This document shows, piece after piece, positions 14,801 to 26,974 of a stretch of 64,000 nt of DNA; positions within the stretch are counted from its first letter, which is position 1, and each line of letters starts with the position of its first letter. The stretch covers positions 1-64,000 of the forward strand of contig CAXHJY010000046.1 of NCBI GenBank assembly GCA_964016885.1, written 5' to 3'. The DNA comes from Eledone cirrhosa (taxonomy: Eukaryota). Both the position numbers and the translations under genes were made by a program. The notes under the pieces are model-generated. The model saw only the letters and a program-made list of their open reading frames with translations, was not told where the DNA came from and made no database searches.

Positions 14801-15230
14801 TGGGGTCTCAGAACCGGTCACAGGTTCATCACCAATTTTTACAGTATGAATTGGAGACTGCAATGTATTTTTCGAACAGGTCCTCCTACCTAAGGCCCAA
14901 ATGCATCCCTTGTTCACCTGCAAAGGGCAATGTGGTATAATTATTTTTGTTATCTCTTATTATATTGCAGCTTTGATCGTCTTATTCACGCTAGTCACCA
15001 ATGTGGCACTTTTCTCAGATCCGCGAATTGTTGTCATAACACGCAAATATATCTTTATTTCACACTTTGTGGAGGTGGGAATCATAAATGTGTAAGTTCA
15101 AATATAAAAATTATACGTAATATTAGTAATCGAAAGAATTATTTCCCCAGTCTAAAAATAAAATCTGTAGCACTGACAACAATTTTGCTTTGTCAAAAAA
15201 TGTTTATATTACGAAGAAACTCCATAATAA

Positions 15231-15417
15231 TTGTTTCTACTTTTGGCACAAGGCCAGCAATTATCCCAGTGCATTACTGGTACTTTATTTTATCGACCCC
15301 GTAAGGATGAAAGGCAAAGTTAACCTCGACGGGATTTGAACACAGAATGGCAAGGGCCGTAACTCTATGAGTCAAAGCAAGGCGTCCGACCCTCTACCGA
15401 TACTGCCAATCCACCTT
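15231..15417 (-). mobile_element. tRNA-derived SINE family A (Meta-domain-like core)
   Basis: Core TTTGCCTTTCATCCTTACGGGGTCGATAAAATAAAGTACCAGT on the minus strand; B box GTTCAAATCC; short CATAA(T/C)AAT TSD. Confidence 0.85.
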
Positions 15418-15650
15418 CATAACAATAACATTTGTGCGCATTAGTATTTCTTCAGTGAAGATCGAGAATATTTTAAGTTGTACAACACACAGAAGATAAA
15501 TTACTGTGATTCCAAACGATGTCTATCTAAATTATTCAAAACATAAAATGACGTTAATTGTAAAGAAAATTGTTTTCAAATGAATATTTCAGCAAATCAC
15601 AAATGAGAATATATCTTAATTATAAAATAACTGTTTGCCATTGAATACGA

Positions 15651-15755
15651 CTGCTGTTGGTGGTGTCGGCGTTGTTGTTGCTGTTGGTCGTGGTGTCGGC
15701 GTTGTTGTTGCTGTTGGTGGTGGTGTCGGCGTTGTTGTTGCTGTTGGTGGTGTCA
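15651..15755. repeat. 33-bp minisatellite, ~3 copies
   Basis: TGCTGTTGGTGGTGGTGTCGGCGTTGTTGTT repeated. Confidence 0.85.
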
Positions 15756-16084
15756 CTCATAGAGAAGATGATTCTGACCAAGCAGTTCCATGATGAAAGA
15801 CATCCCAGCAATGAACATCTAATCAACCTGCACACCTCGGACCACATCATCCATCTGACTTACATTTTAAAAGACGTAGGGTATCATTTTGTTACTAAAA
15901 ATAGCAACCAAGTTGAGTTCGCTGGTAATAAGAGTAAAATACTATAGTATCATGAAGTATTATAAAACTCATTAAATATGGAGGGCCGCCATCATTGATA
16001 CAATATACTGTTCCTCAACTCTACGTATCACTTATCTTATAGAATTGTGTTTTCTGTAATTCTGTGTATTGTTATAAATTAGTT

Positions 16085-16520
16085 ATGTAATCTGGGGTCG
16101 TTATGGAAGCAAAGTTACTTAACGACCACATGTCAAAAGCTATGGATGTGACAGCCATCGAAGAAACCAGGATATACAACACCCACTCTAGTTCACATTT
16201 CTCAGGACTTTGACATCTACGTATCACTTAGTCGGTCTGCAATGGGTGGCGGATTGGCAGTACTGTTTAGAAAAAGGTCTGGATCTCGAGGTACGGACGA
16301 TCTTCCTGGAATCGGGTGGTAAGTTGCTGGACTTGGATGTGAGCAATTCAGTAGGTGGTGCTTTTAGGCGGGTGGCCGTATACTTCTCGACTCGGGCATG
16401 ACCGCCAGATTTCCTCAGGTATCTGGAAGATTTTCTAGGAACATCTCACCATTAACTGTTAATGGGGGACTGGAACGACATCCTGGACGCTTGCTAGGAC
16501 TGTTTGGGAGTAGCTAATAG
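16085..16520 (+). mobile_element. Degenerate Tx1/L1-group APE endonuclease remnant
   Basis: DVTAIEETR, AVLFRKG, GKLLDLDV..FRRVAVY and LMGDWNDILD motifs across frameshifts. Confidence 0.6.
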
Positions 16521-17178
16521 AAGTGGGGGTTTCCAAAGCCTCAAGGACTCTATTAGGCATTTCTAAGTGCCCTCTCTTCTTCTTTCTGTACGCACTGACT
16601 CTCGTGCTACTACTGCGAAAGCTGGAGCCATTGTCGAGCATCTCGATCAAGCCAGGATATAGGAGGACTGTGTCGGCATATGCAGACGTCTTCAATGTAA
16701 TAGTGTTGCACACCTCGGAAATAAAATCAACTCGGAAAAGTTGGTGGATATGTAGATCAGCCCTTAGCAAAGGTTACAGAATTACTATATATGCTAGTTT
16801 TGCTCTAAAGCTACGATCAGATATACCAACACAGCAAGATGAAATAAAAACATACCAACATTAACCAACACATATTATACCAAAATGCTCACAGAAAAAG
16901 TGGGAAAATGTGTGTGCAGAATGAAAGCACCAATATTTGACGGAGAATCATCTGCCAGCGACCATTTTAATATAAATCATATATCTGCCAAGAACTAGAG
17001 ACCTAGCACCCTTCGAAGCAGACTTATTTCAAATGATTAACAACATCATGTTCCGTAAGTATTACAAACATTTCGAAACTTTACTTTCGCGTGGTATTAA
17101 TAAGATTACATCTTCTAGGAATACTTTCGTTTTCTCTGATAAAACTAAAGATATGTATTAGATGTGGTTAAATATAAT

Positions 17179-17358
17179 TGTTTCTACTTTAGGCACAAGG
17201 CCAGTAATTACCCAGTGCATTACTGGTACTTTATTTTATCGACCCCGTAAGGATGAAAGGCAAAGTCAACCTCGGCGGGATTTGAACTCAGATCGTAAAG
17301 GACGTAACTATGCTGGAAAGCATGGCGTCCGACCCTCTACCGATACTGCTAATCCACC
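17179..17358 (-). mobile_element. SINE family A, near full length
   Basis: Perfect 15-bp TSD GTGGTTAAATATAAT at 17164-17178 and 17359-17373. Confidence 0.9.
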
Positions 17359-17943
17359 GTGGTTAAATATAATAAGTATTAAATAGTATTAAATAGTATT
17401 ACTAACATATATCAGAAAGCAAAAATAAAATTAACAACGAAACTAAAGTCATTGACAGATACTTAAACATAGATAAAAAACTGAAAGCCTAGCTAAACGT
17501 AAAGCTTATATCACGTTGAAAGATTATAAAGATGACTTTAATACCAGACCTATGAGTAGATTAATTAGTCCCAGGAGGATTGAAATAGGATTAGCCAGTA
17601 TGAAGATATTAAAACAGATAAATATAGGTATCAAGTACAACACTGACCTAATACTGGGAAACTTATTCGGTAATAGATTAGTTGAGTAACCAGGGTTACA
17701 AAAGGCCAGGGTTACATAATTCTATGTAACACATTTTTACTGCTCAATTACTAGTTCACTATTAGAGTGTCTTCATACATTTTACCATGTCTGGTCAGTC
17801 CACTAGCTGACTAGCAATTAAGCTATACTCACTGCAAATGTACCTTGGAGTGTGTCGTTGTAGAACCCTCTCGTATGTATATTCATATATAAATACATAT
17901 AAATATAAATATTTACGTATGCATATATATATATATATATATA

Positions 17944-17984
<41 letters not shown>

Positions 17985-17987
<3 letters not shown>

Positions 17988-18215
17988 AGTTTTGCAAGAG
18001 ATGTCAACATGAATGGACCTGTTATTTTTATCTAAAGACATGTTTTCCACCCGTCCCCTCAATCTATCTTATTTCCCATTCTTTCTTCTGATGAAGGACT
18101 AGCGTCCGAAACGTTAAGACCGTCTTCCTACTATATCAAGCGTTAACCTAATATATCCCTTCCATATACTGTACCGATTGTGTTGTTAATTCTATTTACC
18201 TTTTACATACATATA
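17985..18215 (+). mobile_element. Penelope-like pseudo-LTR fragment carrying a hammerhead motif
   Basis: Second copy at 30263-30470; contains a minimal hammerhead; bounded by (TA)n-like tracts. Confidence 0.55.
18084..18119 (+). ncRNA. Minimal type I hammerhead ribozyme motif
   Basis: TCTT-CTGATGA-A-GGAC/TAGC/GTCC-GAAACGTTA-AGA, with palindromic AACGTT helix III. Confidence 0.8.
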
Positions 18216-18382
18216 TGCATATGGGTACACAAGAGATGTAGTTGGATTTCAGGCAGGTTAGCAAAGCATATAGATTTTATATGTTGTCGATGCACAGGTG
18301 CTGTAAGTAGCAAGAGCTCAGAGGATACTAGCTCCTTTAAATGCCCAGAGGGCTCTGTAGAAGTAGTTGATAGATTCTGTTA
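18216..18382 (+). mobile_element. RTE fragment, inverted duplicate of 21437-21600
   Basis: WVHKRCS..CCRCTG..SVEVVDRFCY, near-identical to the reverse complement of 21437-21600. Confidence 0.8.
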
Positions 18383-18750
18383 TGTTTTGAAGAACCCTGC
18401 TGACGAGGACGCGGCACGACGTTGTGTTTTGAAGAACACTGCTGACGAGGACGCGGCACAAAGTTACCGACGAAAGATACGCCGGCAAAGCTAGTGAGAT
18501 CGGGGACCGGAGGCCTAGGCCGCCATACCTGACCGGTAAAGTGGCCTGTTGCCACCCTATGTCGTTAAACTTGACGTTGCATATCCCCTCGGTTGCTGCT
18601 GGGATACAAGTATCGAGGTCAGAGAGGAGAGATGTCTGGGTGTAGCATGGAGCGCTGCGGAGTGTATAGAGGAGCTTCGGCATGGCGAAGCAGTTCCTCA
18701 GCAGAAAGTGAACTGGGTGGCCGTCAATCAAGCAAATATTCGATTACGTT
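18383..18750 (-). mobile_element. CRE-clade LINE fragment, inverted duplicate of 22412-22745
   Basis: FLLRNCFAMPKLLYTLRSAP..WQQATLPVRYGGLGLR. Confidence 0.85.
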
Positions 18751-19949
18751 TCAGGATGGTGTCCCTATGAATTCATCAGAAGTTATGGTCCTAATGTATA
18801 GGATGATGGTTCACACACATAAATCTACATATACTATGAGATTCACAGAACCAATACAGCAATGGCTCCTACATTCATCATTTTCACGCTGTACTCCGAG
18901 CTATAATCGGCAGAGGAGGAATGTAGTTAAATTCAATGTTCCTAATTTCGAAATTTAAACTTTGATCAACTCAAACCATATTGTGTGGGGGCATGGCCGT
19001 GTCGTCAGGACATTTGTTTAACAATCACGTCCTTTTGGTATTATCTGTGTGTCACCTTATGACACCATATTCAATCACAGACCCTACTCAAGTCAAGCTT
19101 TTATAGTGTGGCCTGGACATTTTTTGCCATATCATCAACACAAATAGTTTAATGTGTGAACTGTGCTTGTTTGTTTTTTTCGTGGTACCAAAACAACCGA
19201 AGGGTGGAGTGTTAGGGCGTGGAAGGTGTATGGAAGGAGGAACAGAGGGGGTGAACCATCATCCTATACATTAGGACCATAACTTCTGATGAATTCATAG
19301 GGACACCATCCTGAAACACAATAGAAGCCATCTGATGTCTCCCAAAGAATGAAAGACAGGGAGAGGGGATGTAGAGAAGGAAATTACCCCTCTGCTGCAT
19401 TATTACTTTATCTATCAACCTTGGAAACAAAATTGACTAAGGCACGATTTGAACGTAGAGCGTAGTGAATCGGAACACATACCGGGGCATTTTTAATCCG
19501 GCGCCTCTAACAATTCTGCCAACTCGCCACCTTGTTATTCACTAAGCCATAGGGAAAAGCAAATGTAAACTCACATGGTAATCAATGGCTGCTTTATTGA
19601 TTCTATTTACCCATTTTCATCAACATGTTGTGAAAGTGAAAAATAAAAATTCTATTTTTATTTCATATATTTGATAAATAAAGTTGAAACAAAACTAGCA
19701 CGAGATGCGTTTTTGGTAAGTGAATGCAGGAATATTTATATTAATAAAATTAAAACAATGCATTAGTATCTTCTTCAAAGTTAGAAAATACCAAATTACA
19801 TCTCAAATCAATAAAATTCGAAATGCGAAACATGATGGTAACATAGACAACATAGAAATTAAAATAATATCTAAACATAGAAATGACCCAGCAGGTAGGC
19901 AAATCAGAGAGGCAAGCGATATAGAGCTTAGAAGGCCAAAGCTAAACTG

Positions 19950-20110
19950 GTCAGTCAATGGTAAACCTTGAGGACCAAAGGAATTAACTGTAGAGATATA
20001 AAAGATGCAGAAGCGAAAACCAACCAAACAGTGGTGTGTTCTGTTATTATTTCTAGCAATATTATTACAACAATATGACCCTCCCCAAGTATAACAATAT
20101 ATATATATAT
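19950..20110 (+). mobile_element. Dispersed pseudo-LTR-like 3' end ending in (TA)n
   Basis: Homologous to 59750-59903; terminus ATGACCCTCCCCAAGTATAAC(TA)n also resembles 54300-54327. Confidence 0.5.
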
Positions 20111-20249
20111 TCCAAACTTTACTATATCAACACAGTGCCTATGGTTGTCACTTTGAGAGTAAACAGTATAATAAAACCCCTACCACAACATTTTGATTAA
20201 GCTATCTGTATTCTTCAAACCACTCTCTCCCATTTCTCCAACCCCTACA

Positions 20250-20322
<73 letters not shown>

Positions 20323-20731
20323 CTCTCCCTTTCTTTCTCTCTTCCTTTTCTACTCTATCTTCCCCAATAACTTCCTTTATGAAATACAAGGGTATTTACA
20401 TTTTAGCCATTCTGCTCTGAGGAAACGGTAGAAGCAGCATTTGAAAATTGAGTTTCTGCAAATAATTACCAATTTGCACATAGCATGACTAGGCTGTATA
20501 ACTACTGTTGAAACATTTGTAAGCACTCGGAATAAATTACCTTTTTATGATGTCTACCTGTTATTATTCAATCTTTATCTACACTCCAGAATACAGAAGG
20601 ATCAGAAACTGAGTTTCTTCAACTATTCTTCCCAAACTCGTTGAGTAATCCCTTACCCTATGTCAACTCTATCTAGTGTAGTAATTAACCATTACCGCAT
20701 TCAGGATAATCCTAAGCATTTCTTGAATAAC

Positions 20732-20818
<87 letters not shown>

Positions 20819-20907
20819 CAAAAATGGCGAGCTGTGTTGTTGCATTTAAGTATAATAAATGAAGAATTAGAAATAGAAGTTAGGAATATCCGTTATCAGT
20901 TGTCTAC

Positions 20908-20955
20908 TAGCCATCATAGGTATTTCTTCGCGCGAAGAAATACCTATGATGGCTA
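20908..20955. repeat. 48-bp perfect palindrome
   Basis: TAGCCATCATAGGTATTTCTTCG-CG-CGAAGAAATACCTATGATGGCTA. Confidence 0.95.
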
Positions 20956-21600
20956 AAACAACCGAAGGATGGAGTGTTAGGGCGTGGAAGGTGTATGGAA
21001 GGAGGAACAGGGGGGTGCATACGGGTCTTCTGTATTACGGCAAAGATTTCAATCCTGTGCCATCACGCTTGAGAGGGAAGTCTTTCTAGATCTTCCTACT
21101 CCATAGTTTCCATCAATCTTGAGCACTCTGCATCTTTTTATACAACTATAATTCTTCATACGCGTTAAATGACCACAGCAACGCCTCCTCTTCTCCTGCA
21201 TCTGTTCCTTCTTATGCCCAGTTTCTCGGGTCATTTACATTTTGTCGTGTATGTGTATTACTGTTACTCATCTTTGGAAGTAGGCAAGCTTCATTTCTTT
21301 CAATCTTCGCAGGTCCTCTTCACATAGCTCCCAGGTCTCACTACTATGTAAAATTACTGTTCGTATACACACATCGCACAATCTACTCTTAATTTTAAGG
21401 GAAAAACCTTCCTCCACTGTTAATTGAGTCCCACAGATAACAGAATCTATCAACTACTTCTACAGAGCCCTCTGGGCATTTAAAGGAGCTAGTATCCTCT
21501 GAGCTCTTGCTACTTACAGCACCTGTGCATCGACAACATATAACATCTATATTCTTTGCTAACCTGCCTGAAATCCCACTACATCTCTTGTGTACCCATA
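20956..21600 (-). mobile_element. RTE-type LINE 3' part (Cys/His finger-like insert plus RT C-terminus)
   Basis: WVHKRCSGISGRL..CCRC, VEVVDRFCYL, IRTVILHSSETW and GHLTRM..GRSRKT. Confidence 0.8.
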
Positions 21601-21764
21601 TGCATATATGTATGTAAAAGGTAAAGAGAATTAACAACACAATCGGTACAGTATATGGAAGGGATATATTAGGCGAAGAAATACCTATGATGGCTAGTAG
21701 ACAACTGATAATGGATAGTCCTAACTTCTATTTCTAATTCTTCATATATATATATATAGATATA

Positions 21765-21866
21765 TAGGGTGTCCCAAAAAGTGTTGTATACACACTTTGA
21801 TTACCTGTACAGGTAATATTGATTAGAATGCTGTTGAAGTGTGTATATAGCTTTTAATACAACCCT
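21765..21866. mobile_element. Tiny Tc1/mariner-type MITE in (TA)n
   Basis: TA-TAGGGTGTCCCAAAAAG..TATACACACTT / AAGTGTGTATA..CAACCCTA-TA imperfect TIRs. Confidence 0.5.
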
Positions 21867-21871
21867 ATATA

Positions 21872-21999
<128 letters not shown>

Positions 22000-22409
22000 G
22001 AACAGCAGAGGACACGTTTCGCACCTTTACAACAGACAACCCCCCACCCACCCCACCCCCGGAAAAAACCCAGTTGATGGATGTGAATCCGAAATATATA
22101 GGGACAGTTAAATCTCTCCCAAGGTAACTCTATCTCGTGTTATTATTTTTATCCTTTACGCTCTTTCCTACATTCTTCTACACACTACACATCTCAACCT
22201 ACATTCACTTACATCTCTCTCTCCACCACCGGATCTTGTTATCCGGAGATTTACCCATCTGCATTGTTGAGGATTCCAAAACGACCTAAAGAAATATACC
22301 CTATATATATATATATCGGTGGTGTATGTATGTATTTAAGATATAATAGAAGTATTTACATTTTTAGGGAGCTTCACGCTTTTGTAGAACAGATGTGCCT
22401 AACAAAAGC

Positions 22410-23628
22410 TCAACGTAATCGAATAATTGCTTGATTGACGGCCACCCAGTTCTCTTTCTGCTGAGGAACTGCTTCGCCATGCCGAAGCTCCTCTATACAC
22501 TCCGCAGCGCTCCATGATACACCCAGACATCTCTCCTCGCTGACCTCGATACTTGTATCCGAGCAGCAATCGAGGGGATATGTATCGTCAAGTTTGACGA
22601 CATAGGTTGGCAACAGGCCACTTTACCGGTCAGGTATGGCGGCCTAGGCCTCCGGTCCCCGATCTCACTAGCTTTGCCGGCGTATCTTTCGTCGGTAACT
22701 TTGTGCCGCGTCCTCGTCAGCTGGGTTCTTCAAAACACAACAGAACCCTCTATATTCAGAGAACGTGAGGCGGCCTGTGAGACGTGGGACCGGCTGGGAG
22801 TTAGCCCAGTAGACGTCCCTCCTGCTTCTCCCCCTGTTGACGTCAAGTCCCCCCAACGCATTTGGGATGCCATCCAGTGCAGCCTGGCCTCAGACAGGCT
22901 CACGCGTCAGCTCGACCAGCACCGCCTTGCTTATTTTCGTGCGGCCTCCAAACCCCACAGTGGTGCCTGGCTCCATGCTCTGCCCTCCTTCTCCACTGGC
23001 ACGCAGCTAGACAACCGTAGCCTGCGAATCGGCGTTTCCCTGAGGCTCGGCCTCCGGATCTGCCAGCCACACCAATGTCGCTGCGGCTCCACCGTGGACT
23101 CTTTCGGCCTCCACCCGCTTTCATGTCGCCACAGTTCCGACCGCATTCCACGCCATACTGCCTTCAACGAGGTCATTAAGCATGGGTTGGACGCTGCAGG
23201 CTTCCCTTTCCACCTCGAGCCGGTGTAGCTGGATCGAGGAGACGGCAAAAGGCCAGATGGCATGACCATCTTCCCGTTCCGCGGTGGCAAACCCCTCGTC
23301 TGGGATACCCCTTGCACCGACACTTTCTGAAGCCGCAACCTGCTGCAGTCTGCGACTGACCCAGGTTCTGCTGCACGTCGGGCTGAGGAGGTCAAACTCT
23401 TCAAATATCGGTCGCTCTCCGACAGGTTTGCGGTCGTTCTCCTGGCAGTGGAAACTTCTGGTGTCCTCGGCCCCATGGCTACCTCCTTACTCACCACCAT
23501 AGGCACTGAGCTGGCCAGCCGCAGGTGTGAGCCCCGCGAGTTGGAGTGGCTTTTCCAGAGGGTCTCCCTTGCCGTCCTCCGGTGAAACGCCTTCTCCATT
23601 CTGTCAACCAGGGCTGTGGGTGGGCCTC
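22410..23628 (+). mobile_element. 5'-truncated CRE-clade non-LTR retrotransposon (RT thumb, zinc knuckle, restriction-like endonuclease), with stops
   Basis: [60 protein letters not shown] and LFQRVSLAV.R.NA. Confidence 0.85.
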
Positions 23629-24040
23629 ATCGCGTACCAATACATTAGTTAAATACCATTCTTTCATCCACCTAATATATACTATCGAATAAGTTGTGTA
23701 ATATAAATATCTTAATGATCTGAGAGGTGTCTTCTCGTGTGGTACATAGGGGCCCTGGAAAACTAGGCAAAACCTGTTGAAGTTCAAAGAAACATTTATT
23801 TATACAATAGAGCTTCAAACACGTTTTATTACAGTTATGTAATCTCTTATCAAACCTGAATTATAATTGGAAAACCACTCGGAGGGAGTGTTTTTAAATT
23901 CTAAATATCAGCAGAGACGTTATTTCGAATATCGGAAGAGTTGGCACGCTTCTCATTATCTAGTCATTCCATGAAAGATGATGTAAAAGCAACATATTAC
24001 ATTCTGTCTATTTCAATATTTTAAACATATATGATAATCT

Positions 24041-24201
<161 letters not shown>

Positions 24202-24704
24202 AGCAGAATCACCAGCAATAAAATATGCCAAAAACTACTGATTCCAATGCCCCATCATTCGCTGATCTGAAGAAGGGCCGACCAGGAATATTTTGACCTC
24301 TCTCCCAGTAGTATCTTCTATTGTCCTGCAATGATGAACAGGCAATGAACAGTGCACACACGCGGTACTCTATTGTGGAAATATCTATGGCGTAGAAATA
24401 TAAAATGAGCGTCCCACACCGAAATGCTACCTAAAGGCAAAGGCAAGCAATATGTCCATGGCAAAGATAAACACTGATCCTAATTGCTTGCTTTTCTCAG
24501 TGTTTTGTAAACAAAACAAACTATTAATGTACGATCTTTATCAGAGTTTTACAAACTTTTTCTGTCTAGCGTCCCATTTGAGAGAATATATCACCCCCCC
24601 CCCCCCCTCCCTCACACACACAACTCCAGGAATTTAATTTTAAAGAATACATTGAAAATTAAATTTGAATAATTATTTTTTATTTTGTTCAGGTATTCAT
24701 TGTA

Positions 24705-24815
24705 GTAAAGTATCGTGGTTAGGATCATAGGCCCAAGATCACAGGGTCGTAGATTTGATTCCTAGACCGGTCGGTGAATTGTATTGAGAAAATACTTTAA
24801 CCCACGTTGCTCCGT
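24705..24815 (+). mobile_element. Degenerate SINE family B
   Basis: tRNA-like head with GATTTGATTCC B box, followed by ..ACTTTAACCCACGTTGCTCC. Confidence 0.5.
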
Positions 24816-24981
24816 CTAACAAGAGATGAAGCCGGCAGATTGTATGTATAACCTACTGAATCAATTGTCTTCTTCCGTATGAAACAGCAATCACGTGACA
24901 TCAACCCCGGCGCTGCAAATATCTCAGGGTAATGGGATTAGGTTGCTGGAGGTCCAGACTGTTGTTTTCTTTTTGGTAAAA

Positions 24982-25515
24982 TGTTGTTGTTGTCGCAGTC
25001 GGCGTTGTTGTTGTTGTTGTTGTTATTTTTGTTGTTATTGTTGTTGTTGTTATTGTTGTTGTTGTTGTTGTTGTTCTTCTTCTTCTTCTTCTTCTTCTTC
25101 TTCTTCTTCTTCTTCTTCTTTTTCTTCTTCTTCTTCTTCTTCTTCTTTTTCTTCTTCTTCTTCTTCTTCTTCTTCTTTTTCTTCTTCTTTTTCTTCTTCT
25201 TCTTCTTCTTCTTCTTCTTCTTCTTCTTCTTCTTCTTCTTCTTCTTCTTCTTCTTCTTCTTCTTCTTCTTCTTCTTCTTCTTCTTCTTCTTCTTCTTCTT
25301 CTTCTTTTTCTTCTTCTTCTTCTTCTTCTTCTTCTTTTTCTTCTTCTTTTTCCTTCTTCTTCTTCTTCTTCTTCTTCTTCTTCTTCTTTTTCTTCTTCTT
25401 CTTCTTCTTCTTCTTCTTCTTCTTCTTCTTCTTCTTCTTCTTCTTCTTCTTCTTCTTCTTCTTCTTCTTCTTCTTCTTCTTCTTCTTCTTCTTCTTCTTC
25501 TTCTTCTTCTTCTTC
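24982..25515. repeat. (GTT)n followed by a long (CTT)n
   Basis: Direct reading. Confidence 0.97.
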
Positions 25516-25619
25516 GTTTTGTCATGTAACTGTCAATGTAGATAACCATCTTTACTCTATTGAGTTTTCAGCCCCTGGTGTGACACCTAAAACTTTACTT
25601 CTCATTAAATATCTATCTA

Positions 25620-25715
25620 TCATCATCGTCATCATCATCATCATCATCTTCATTACCACCACCATCATCACCACCATCATCATCATCATCATCACCACCA
25701 CCATCACCATCATCG

Positions 25716-25754
<39 letters not shown>

Positions 25755-25887
25755 CCACCATCACCATCATCGTCATCATCATCATCATCATCATCATCAC
25801 CACCACCATCATCACCATCATCGTCATCGTCATCATCATCACCACCATCACCATCATCATCATCATCATCATCATCACCACCATCAC

Positions 25888-25930
<43 letters not shown>

Positions 25931-26242
25931 GTCATCACTATTCGCAACGTCATCATTATAATTGTCGCCATTCTTACCACCGTCTCCACCATCACGGCTA
26001 TCGTCATATTCATTATTATCTTCATCATGTTCGTGGTCGTCACCACCACCACCACCATCTACATTACTCTTTATATTGCCCTCGTCACCACCATCACACT
26101 CATCTATATTACTCTCTATATTGCCCTCGTCGTCATCACCACCATCACCATCTACATTACTCTTTATACTGCCCTCGTCACCACCATCACCATCATCTTT
26201 ATTACTCTCTATATTGCCCTCGTCACCACCATCACCATCATC
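25620..26242. repeat. (CAT/CAC)n grading into a ~42-48-bp minisatellite
   Basis: CAT/CAC triplets, then 4 copies of ..TCTACATTACTCTTTATATTGCCCTCGTCACCACCATC. Confidence 0.93.
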
Positions 26243-26935
26243 GGTCTTTTGATCCTTGTCCTCCTCATCATTATATGTCAATATACTATATTTCTATGCA
26301 AACGCCAATGTAACAACTTCATTTAACGACTTTAAACTTTTGCAAATTTATTATCACATGCTATGAATAAAGAAGCTTATCTATCGCTTGAAAGAGAAAC
26401 CTTTCATGAAATAAAATTATGTTTAAACAATTTAATAATTATTGCTTCGAATAATCGACGACTTTAATCATCGTTGTTTCTTTGATGTGACAAATTATGT
26501 ACAGTTGGTTGTATGTATGTATTGATTATTTTTTATTATATTATTCTACTGCAATTAATTAGCTCCGAAAAAGAGCCAGATAGATGGAGAAAACACTTTC
26601 ACGCTAACACGAACTAGACCGGCCTGATTGGCATATAAAATACTATATTCCTCCCAGGTGTTATTTGAGAATAGGGTATAACTTACATACACTATAAGAG
26701 TGAATATGATATGACAACAATGCATCAGACATATTTTCGTATTTTGATAATCCCGTGGCTGCCAAAAATTATATGAAATTTAATTATTGTAGTAAAATTA
26801 TAATTTTCTGTTTCTTGACACTATGTATTTATATTTGGGAAGGCTAAGTTCATTTCAGTACGTTGTTTTATCTTTTTCAGTTCGACTACTTCACCTTTTC
26901 AGTAAAACCCGAATAAATTAAATAAAATGTGTCAA

Positions 26936-26974
26936 TCTGACGAGTTTCTCGTCTTGTCAAATCTTCATCAGAGA
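26936..26974 (-). ncRNA. Degenerate hammerhead-like motif
   Basis: Minus strand TCT-CTGATGA-(weak helix II)-GAAAC-TC-GTC-AGA; core and GUC triplet intact, helix II eroded. Confidence 0.4.

Noticed and set aside
22931-23599. 222-aa minus-strand ORF
   Set aside because: Antisense shadow of the GC-rich CRE coding region
24895-26326. Long poly-S/F/K/R/D/M/I ORFs of 168-248 aa
   Set aside because: Open in several frames on both strands only because of trinucleotide repeats
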